Below, piece after piece: positions 34,624-40,144 of a DNA stretch of 40,144 bases. Both the position numbers and the translations under genes were made by a program. The notes beneath the pieces were generated by a model that saw only the letters and a program-made list of their open reading frames with translations, had not been told where the DNA came from and searched no databases. Each line of letters begins with the position of its first letter. Position 1 is the stretch's first letter. This DNA comes from Desulfobacterales bacterium (GTDB lineage Bacteria; Desulfobacterota; Desulfobacteria; Desulfobacterales; UBA11574), in contig JAHECI010000002.1 of NCBI GenBank assembly GCA_024641825.1, positions 12,917 through 53,060 on the forward strand, in the 5' to 3' direction.

Positions 34624-36337
34624 GATGCGGCTCCTTTATGCGAATCAGCTTAAATGTCTCCACCGGTTCTGTTTTGCCCTTTATATGTTGTGAAGGAAGC
34701 GGGTCTACCTCTACCATTTCTTTTATTTTTGAATAAACACTTTTACTGATAATAATTTCACCGGGATTGGCCAGGCGGTAAATATGTGCAGCGAGGTTTA
34801 CGCTGTCCCCGATGACCGTATATTCCATCCTATCCTGGGAACCGATGTTCCCTGAGACCACGACGCCGGAATTTATCCCGATCCCAACGGTTTGAAGGAG
34901 AACATTCCCATTTTCCTGCTTTTTCAGAAACTCTTTTTGCATATTCGCTGCCGACCTTACGGCACGTTCCGCGTGATCTTTATGATAAACCGGAACCCCA
35001 AAAACTCCGAGAACCGCATCCCCGATGAACTTGTCCACATAGCCGCCGTGATCTTGTATGCTCTGGGTTGCAATTTCAAAGTATTCGTTGAGTTTTTCCA
35101 CGATTTCTTCGGGCTCATTGATCTCCGAGAAGGCTGAAAATCCCCTGATATCGACAAATACGATGCTGGCCTCATTCCGATGACCTTTAAGCCAGTCGCT
35201 TTCAGGATCGGCCATTATCATATCTAAAACTTCAGAACCGATATACTTGCCGAAGGATTTCTGCATCAAAGCGTTTTTCAAGAGCTCGTCCCCCATCCGA
35301 TTGAATGCCGTGGCCAGGTTCCCAAGTTCGTCATTTCTGGCCAGGATAATTTTGTGTTGATAATTCCCCGAACCGATTTTCTGGGTTGCCAAGACAAGAT
35401 TTGAAATGGGCCGGGAAAATCGGAATCCAAGCCAGAGCGCAATTGCACTTCCAAAAAGAAGAATAAAAATGGTGATCACAATAATTGTCCAACGCTCTTT
35501 ATGGATGAGTCTTTCGATAAAATCGATGGAAACCCCGAGATACACGTTGCCCAATTCTTTTTCTTTGAATTGAATGGGGCCGGTCAAATTTAAAACCTGC
35601 TCGCCCGATGGGGAGATGTAGTTAAAGTAGGTCAGGTCTCCTTCTTTTCTGACATCTTCGATGTTGGAAAACATCTCAAAGGTTTTCCCGATCTGGTTTA
35701 TGTCTGTATGTGCCTTAATGGTTTGATTGTGGTCAACAATAACTGCATAAAGGATCCCTTCAACATGGGTGGCATCTTTTATCAATGAATTGAGTCTTAA
35801 AATATTGTCTTCGAGAAGGGGAATCGATGCATTGTTGGTAAAGTAGTTGATACTGACTTGGCCGATTTTGACGGTTTGCTTGTAAAGCCTTTCCTTCTGG
35901 TGGCTCAGAATGAAGAAGCTCATCACCGAAATGGTGGTGATAATAATCACCATGACTGCCGCAAAGACCTGAAACCAGATGGGAATTCGGGTTGGGGGAA
36001 GGCCTTCAACAAAACTTTCACGCTTTTTTTTGACCAGTCCTTTTATGTCATCAGAGAGTGTTTTAACTGAAATTTGATATTCTTTGCTGACCGCCTGGAC
36101 CAGTTCTTCTTCCGAGGCATAACCGAGTTCAACGATGATTTGCCCCAGACGAACCGCCTTGCCCAGTGTATACAGTTTCTCTTTTTGGACTTTGAGGGCT
36201 TCCTGGAGTTGCTTTTCGGTAATGATGCCCCTTTTCCTTAAAACCCCGCCAATGGCTATACTGTAATTATCTGGAGATTTCCCCAAAAATCTTTTAATTC
36301 TGGACGGTAAAAAAGTTTGAGCGGTCAACGGTTTCAT
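34604..36337 (-). CDS. Membrane-anchored class III adenylate cyclase with an N-terminal MshEN/T2SSE_N-like domain, a periplasmic sensor region and a HAMP domain
   Basis: N-terminal tandem helical motifs (AIGGVLRKRGIITEKQLQEALKVQ and RLGQIIVELGYASEEELVQAVSKE). Two TM segments flank a loop of about 150 aa. A HAMP-like region follows (RPISNLVLATQKIGSGNY). Cyclase cores are VFVDIRGFS, KFIGDAVLGVFG and YTVIGDSVNLAAH. Confidence 0.85.
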   Translation of the reverse strand: MKPLTAQTFLPSRIKRFLGKSPDNYSIAIGGVLRKRGIITEKQLQEALKVQKEKLYTLGKAVRLGQIIVELGYASEEELVQAVSKEYQISVKTLSDDIKGLVKKKRESFVEGLPPTRIPIWFQVFAAVMVIIITTISVMSFFILSHQKERLYKQTVKIGQVSINYFTNNASIPLLEDNILRLNSLIKDATHVEGILYAVIVDHNQTIKAHTDINQIGKTFEMFSNIEDVRKEGDLTYFNYISPSGEQVLNLTGPIQFKEKELGNVYLGVSIDFIERLIHKERWTIIVITIFILLFGSAIALWLGFRFSRPISNLVLATQKIGSGNYQHKIILARNDELGNLATAFNRMGDELLKNALMQKSFGKYIGSEVLDMIMADPESDWLKGHRNEASIVFVDIRGFSAFSEINEPEEIVEKLNEYFEIATQSIQDHGGYVDKFIGDAVLGVFGVPVYHKDHAERAVRSAANMQKEFLKKQENGNVLLQTVGIGINSGVVVSGNIGSQDRMEYTVIGDSVNLAAHIYRLANPGEIIISKSVYSKIKEMVEVDPLPSQHIKGKTEPVETFKLIRIKEPHHAETGE

Positions 36338-36372
36338 AGGTGCGATTTCCGACCCCGAATATTCAAAAAAAA

Positions 36373-36565
36373 ATTGATAAACTCGTAAAAAGCCTCATTT
36401 TGATCGCTCACCAATCAATTTTGGGATTCAGACCCGCCTGGCTAAATTGCAAGAACTCGGGCTAACGCCCTCAAACGGCTTAAAATTTTTACGCCAGACC
36501 CATCATAAACCTTTTTCCAAAATTAATCGATGTCGCTCACAAAAGACTTTTTACGAAGCCGTCAA
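36373..36565. mobile_element. Family-B MITE-like element, copy 2 (about 193 bp)
   Basis: Aligns end to end with 26925-27119 in the same orientation, with scattered substitutions. It lies between the cyclase start and gntR. Confidence 0.8.
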
Positions 36566-36666
36566 AATTAAATGCGTTAAAATATCATAGAAAATTATGA
36601 ACTTCCACAAATTATCTAAAAATGGCCGATATGTCAATAAATTAACCGGAAGTGCGGACGCACAAA

Positions 36667-36701
36667 TATGTCTTGACAACTTTACCAATTAAGCTTAGGC
36701 T
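36667..36701 (+). promoter_or_regulatory. Promoter (TTGACA-17 nt-TAGGCT) overlapping a HutC-type operator-like dyad (TGTCTTGACA)
   Basis: TTGACA at 36673-36678 and TAGGCT at 36696-36701. The gntR ATG lies only 7 nt after the -10 element and there is no SD. The sequence atgtcttgacaact resembles NagR/DasR-type sites, from memory. Confidence 0.4.
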
Positions 36702-36707
36702 TCATCC

Positions 36708-37442
36708 ATGCTCAACATTAAATCTCCCATTCCCTTATATCATCAGCTGGCGGACATCATACGGGCCAAAATACGAGCCGGAGAATATCCGACCGGTTCA
36801 AGGATTCCGTCGGAAAACAGCCTGGCCTCCGGATACGGTATCGGAAGGCCCACAGCCCGGCAGGCCACGGATCTTCTGGTTCGAAAAGGTCTTTTGATTC
36901 GAAAGCGGGGCTCGGGAACCTTTGTCTGTGAACAACAGAAAGAGCTCGATCTTTTTTCTCTGGCCGGAACGACGTCGGCGTTTCATAAAAAAGGGATGTC
37001 GGTGGCCACCCATATTCTGAAAAAGATCCGGTTGAAAGCCATGGGGCACGCGCCGGAAAATCCTTTTTCCGATCAGAAGGCCTATTTTTTTTCCAGATTG
37101 AGCAAAGTTGAAGACATACCGGTTCTTATCGAGGACATTTATCTCCATGAAACGATTTTTTCAGGGATCGAGCAAATGGACTTGTCCCGGAGATCTTTGG
37201 CACAGATTGTGGATGAACAATATTATATGCAGCCCATAGGGGGGGTGCAGAACTTTAGAATCGCATACTTAACCGGGGAAAAAGCACAAAATTTGGAGGT
37301 TGGAGCAGATACGCCGATTCTTTTGGTGAAGCGGTTTTTGCACTTTGACCAGTCAAAAAACGCTATTTATTCAGAGCTTTATTGTCGAACAGATCAGTTC
37401 GTTTTTTCACAGACATTGGGAGGAATCGAAGATGAAAGATAG
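36708..37442 (+). CDS. GntR-family transcriptional regulator, HutC subfamily (wHTH + UTRA)
   Basis: N-terminal PLYHQLADIIRAKIRAGEYPTGSRIPSENSLASGYGIGRPTARQATDLLVRKGLL and a UTRA-like C-terminus. 244 aa. Confidence 0.9.
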   Translation: MLNIKSPIPLYHQLADIIRAKIRAGEYPTGSRIPSENSLASGYGIGRPTARQATDLLVRKGLLIRKRGSGTFVCEQQKELDLFSLAGTTSAFHKKGMSVATHILKKIRLKAMGHAPENPFSDQKAYFFSRLSKVEDIPVLIEDIYLHETIFSGIEQMDLSRRSLAQIVDEQYYMQPIGGVQNFRIAYLTGEKAQNLEVGADTPILLVKRFLHFDQSKNAIYSELYCRTDQFVFSQTLGGIEDER

Positions 37443-38658
37443 GGGGTATTATAAAAACTTCGGGGGGGCCTTCCTTCCCGAAATTCTGGTGGCCACATTC
37501 GACGAGCTTGTGGAAACATTTCAAACGGCAAAAAACGACCCCGGGTTCTGGGAGGAGTATTTGGATATAATGTCCACCTATTCCTGCCGCCCGACGCCGA
37601 TTACGTTTGCCCAAAACCTGACGCGGCATTTCGGCGGCGCACGTATTTATATCAAAAGAGAAGACCTTAACCATACCGGCGCCCACAAGGCCAATAACGT
37701 TATCGGGCAGGGCCTTTTGGTGAAACGGATGGGAAAGACCCGGGTTATCGCAGAGACCGGTGCCGGACAGCACGGCGTGGCTACCGCCACCATGGCCGCA
37801 CGGTTCGGATTCAAATGTACCATCTACATGGGAGAGGTGGATGTTCAGCGGCAGCGTCCCAATGTATTCTGGATGGAGCGGTTGGGTGCTGAAGTCATCA
37901 CCGTTAAAGAAGGAACCCGAATTTTAAAAGATGCCATCAATGAATCTTTTCGGGACTGGGTGACCCACATGGATACCACGCATTATGTACTGGGAACGGC
38001 CTGCGGCCCCCATCCATTCCCGGAAATGGTCTCTTATTTCCAATCGATTATCGGACAAGAGGCCCGGAAACAGATTCTTGAGCAAGCAGGGGGTTTACCT
38101 GGCCGAGTTTATGCATGTGTCGGCGGGGGATCCAATGCCTTGGGGATCTTTAAGGCGTTTCTGGATGATCCGGTTGACCTTGTGGGGGTTGAGGCCGGTG
38201 GAGAAGGATTGGAGACCGGGCGGCACGCTTCCCGACTTTCTTCCAAAGATTCGAGCATCGGGGTCGCCCAGGGGTATAAGACATATTTTCTCCAGGATAA
38301 TGACGGGCAGATGCGAGAGACCCACAGTGTCGCAGCCGGGCTGGATTATGTCGGGGTTTCACCGATTCTGGCCCAATATGCGGAAACCGGCCGAATTCGA
38401 TTTGAAGCCGCAACCGATCGGGAGGTTGTGGATGCCCTGTCCCTGACCATTCAAAAAGAGGGATTGATTCCCGCCCTGGAATCCGCCCACGCGTTTGCAC
38501 AGGCGTTCAAAGAGGCTCCGGCCATGACCCCGGAGGATATTGTTCTCATCAACCAGTCCGGAAGAGGAGACAAAGACATCTTTACCATTGCCGATGCATT
38601 TGCCGATCCCAAGTGGCAGGCATTTATCAAAGAGAAAGCGGAGGGGTATCATGCTTGA
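37432..38658 (+). CDS. trpB: Tryptophan synthase beta chain (TrpB1-type)
   Basis: HTGAHKANNVIGQGLLVKRMGKTRVIAETGAGQHGVATA, GGGSNALG and SGRGDKD. GGGAGG lies 8 nt upstream of the ATG at 37432. The start overlaps the gntR stop by 11 nt. Confidence 0.93.
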   Translation: MKDRGYYKNFGGAFLPEILVATFDELVETFQTAKNDPGFWEEYLDIMSTYSCRPTPITFAQNLTRHFGGARIYIKREDLNHTGAHKANNVIGQGLLVKRMGKTRVIAETGAGQHGVATATMAARFGFKCTIYMGEVDVQRQRPNVFWMERLGAEVITVKEGTRILKDAINESFRDWVTHMDTTHYVLGTACGPHPFPEMVSYFQSIIGQEARKQILEQAGGLPGRVYACVGGGSNALGIFKAFLDDPVDLVGVEAGGEGLETGRHASRLSSKDSSIGVAQGYKTYFLQDNDGQMRETHSVAAGLDYVGVSPILAQYAETGRIRFEAATDREVVDALSLTIQKEGLIPALESAHAFAQAFKEAPAMTPEDIVLINQSGRGDKDIFTIADAFADPKWQAFIKEKAEGYHA

Positions 38659-39412
38659 ATCGTATTTGAATAACCGGCTGAAGCAGAAAGAGATCTTGTT
38701 AATGACCCATATCGTACTCGGATATCCGACATTCGAGGATGCTTTCAAGATCATTGAGTCCATGGTCACCGCCGGTGTTGACCTGATGGAGCTGCAGATC
38801 CCTTTTTCAGAACCGATTGCAGACGGCCCTGTGATTCTGCATGCCAATCAAAAAGCGCTGGCCAAGGGTGCAACCGTTAAAAAATGCATCGATTTTGCGA
38901 AAACCGTTGCTGAAACCTTCGAGATTCCCTTTCTGTTCATGAGTTACTACAACATTCTTTTTAAATACGGTGTAGATAGATTTGTCGACACCATGGCCGA
39001 AAGCGGTCTTTTCGGGGCCATCGTCCCGGATCTTCCCCCTGAAGAAGGGAAGGACTACCTTGGGGCCATGGATAAACACCGTCTTTCTCCGATATTTATA
39101 TTTTCTCCCACAACATCCGATGACCGCATGAATTACCTTGGCGCCTTTGGAAGGGGGTTTGTCTATTGTGTGGCCAGAAAAGGGGTCACCGGTGTGGATA
39201 CGGATTTTTCCAGACAACTGGAAGATTACCTTGTGCGATGCCGAAAGGCCACCGATCTTCCCCTTGCCCTCGGTTTTGGTGTCAAAGAGCGGTCGGATAT
39301 CGATTTTTTAAAAGGGAAAGCCGACATTGCCGTCATCGGGTCCGAGACCCTCCGGCTGGTGGATAAAAAAGGGGTGGGTGCGGTTGAAGAATTTATTAAA
39401 AACTTGAGATGA
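38651..39412 (+). CDS. trpA: Tryptophan synthase alpha chain
   Basis: MELQIPFSEPIADGPVI and a C-terminal GFGV...VIGSE pattern. The ATG at 38651 overlaps the trpB stop (ATGCTTGA). Confidence 0.9.
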   Translation: MLESYLNNRLKQKEILLMTHIVLGYPTFEDAFKIIESMVTAGVDLMELQIPFSEPIADGPVILHANQKALAKGATVKKCIDFAKTVAETFEIPFLFMSYYNILFKYGVDRFVDTMAESGLFGAIVPDLPPEEGKDYLGAMDKHRLSPIFIFSPTTSDDRMNYLGAFGRGFVYCVARKGVTGVDTDFSRQLEDYLVRCRKATDLPLALGFGVKERSDIDFLKGKADIAVIGSETLRLVDKKGVGAVEEFIKNLR

Positions 39413-39638
39413 AACGACCCGATACCTATACGCCAAAGTGAAACAGGGTGGCACACCCCTGAACAGGTATGATTCTTTAAAAAATAGAGATGGGCCGCAC
39501 GAAAGTGGTTTTATAGAGGCGCTTGTGCTTTCCTTATTAATTGAACGTCTCGGAAATTCTACAATTAGTTTAGGTTTAAGCCCTCCACCTCTGGTGGAGG
39601 ACCCGGATAGGTTCTACCGATCCGGTGAGAAATAATAT

Positions 39639-39687
39639 AGGTAATTCCTCGGGAAAGCCCTTAAGGGCAATACAGGAGGAATTACCT
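39639..39687 (+). promoter_or_regulatory. RBS-sequestering stem-loop of IS200 tnpA
   Basis: AGGTAATTCCTC (39639-39650) forms a perfect 12-bp stem with GAGGAATTACCT (39676-39687). The 3' arm contains most of the SD (GGAGGA, 39675-39680) and abuts the ATG at 39688. Confidence 0.65.
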
Positions 39688-40113
39688 ATGCATGATTGGG
39701 AAAGCTTATCCCATGTAAGATGGGATTGCAAATACCATATCGTATTTGTCCCGAAGTTTCGTAAAAAGAAATTGTATGGCAAATTCAGGAATCGAGTTGG
39801 CGAAATACTGAGAGACTTGTGTCGCCAACGCGGTGTGGATCTTTTGGAAGGGCATTTAATGCCAGACCATATCCATATGTGTATAAGCGTTCCACCAAAG
39901 TACAGCATCGCTTTTGTAATAGGATTTCTGAAAGGCAAAAGTGCGGTTTTAATCCATCGCAAAGTTCTAAAAGAGAAACGAGTATCTGGACTACATTTTT
40001 GGGCCAGGGGGTATTGTGTCAGCACTGTTGGTTTGGATGAGGCAACCATAAGAAAATATATCCGTGATCAAGAAAAACTTGATCAGCAACAATTGGAACT
40101 TGATTTAGAATAA
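39688..40113 (+). CDS. tnpA: IS200/IS605-family Y1 HUH transposase TnpA
   Basis: WDCKYHIVFVPKFRKK, HUH motif PDHIHMCISVPP, and the catalytic Tyr context FWARGYCVSTVG. About 141 aa, from the ATG at 39688. Confidence 0.92.
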   Translation: MHDWESLSHVRWDCKYHIVFVPKFRKKKLYGKFRNRVGEILRDLCRQRGVDLLEGHLMPDHIHMCISVPPKYSIAFVIGFLKGKSAVLIHRKVLKEKRVSGLHFWARGYCVSTVGLDEATIRKYIRDQEKLDQQQLELDLE

Positions 40114-40144
40114 ATTAACCATAGCCCCAAAGGGGCTTTCCCAA

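Larger units (their letters stand above)
39582..40144 (+). mobile_element. IS200-type insertion sequence (IS200/IS605 family, tnpA only); right end runs off the window
   Basis: Left-end hairpin CCTCCACC-tct-GGTGGAGG (39582-39600), an RBS-occluding stem, tnpA, and a downstream hairpin AGCCCC-aaa-GGGGCT (40123-40137). The exact boundaries are not determinable. Confidence 0.75.

Noticed and set aside
34604-36337. The class III cyclase as a CBASS/Pycsar-type antiphage cyclase.
   Set aside because: Its architecture (TM sensor, HAMP, class III catalytic domain with adenine-specifying Lys/Thr) is that of a signalling cyclase. No effector gene (TIR, patatin, TM toxin, nuclease) is adjacent.

Overview
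A gene-dense 40.1-kb chromosomal segment with about 34 credible CDSs on both strands. Gene content suggests an anaerobic deltaproteobacterium or Desulfobacterota-like genome, but this is inference only. I found no rRNA, tRNA, CRISPR array, prophage or recognisable defence island, and most of the window is ordinary housekeeping or accessory metabolism.

Gene order, left to right:
- A Lon-like AAA+ protease, then a small EF-Tu-domain-2-like protein.
- A minus-strand block read as GT4 glycosyltransferase (possibly preceded by a tiny Cys4 ORF) -> HAD-fold protein -> stand-alone NRPS-like A-T-TE enzyme -> tctC-tctB-tctA.
- A ModA-like binding protein without a signal peptide.
- A stand-alone EF-G paralog co-transcribed with a single-domain RecA/KaiC-like ATPase. 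It sits behind a promoter plus a terminator/antiterminator leader.
- A secreted S8 protease with a [11 protein letters not shown]-terminal anchor module.
- Smr protein, two Nudix hydrolases, a cupin and rsmG.
- An orphan CooC-like ATPase translationally coupled to a small ORF, then a J-domain protein.
- A LysR regulator divergent from a UMF1-type MFS transporter, then a GDPD and ilvA.
- A five-gene minus-strand operon: an MshEN-like/HAMP class III cyclase, a LysM polysaccharide deacetylase lipoprotein, a TPR-LysM lipoprotein, an SPFH protein with three zinc ribbons, and an internally duplicated zinc-ribbon protein.
- A GntR(HutC)-trpB-trpA unit with overlapping stop and start codons.
- An IS200-type tnpA at the right edge.

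Non-coding content is richer than expected. There are two families of MITE-like elements, each present as a full copy and as a collapsed TIR-only palindrome. There is also a REP-like doublet.

Best candidates for something under-described:
- (a) the A-T-TE enzyme, which has no A4 Asp and a GFCLG thioesterase;
- (b) the cyclase/envelope/SPFH/zinc-ribbon operon;
- (c) the attenuator-controlled EF-G paralog plus RecA-like ATPase pair.

All functional calls come from by-eye motif recognition. No database search was run.
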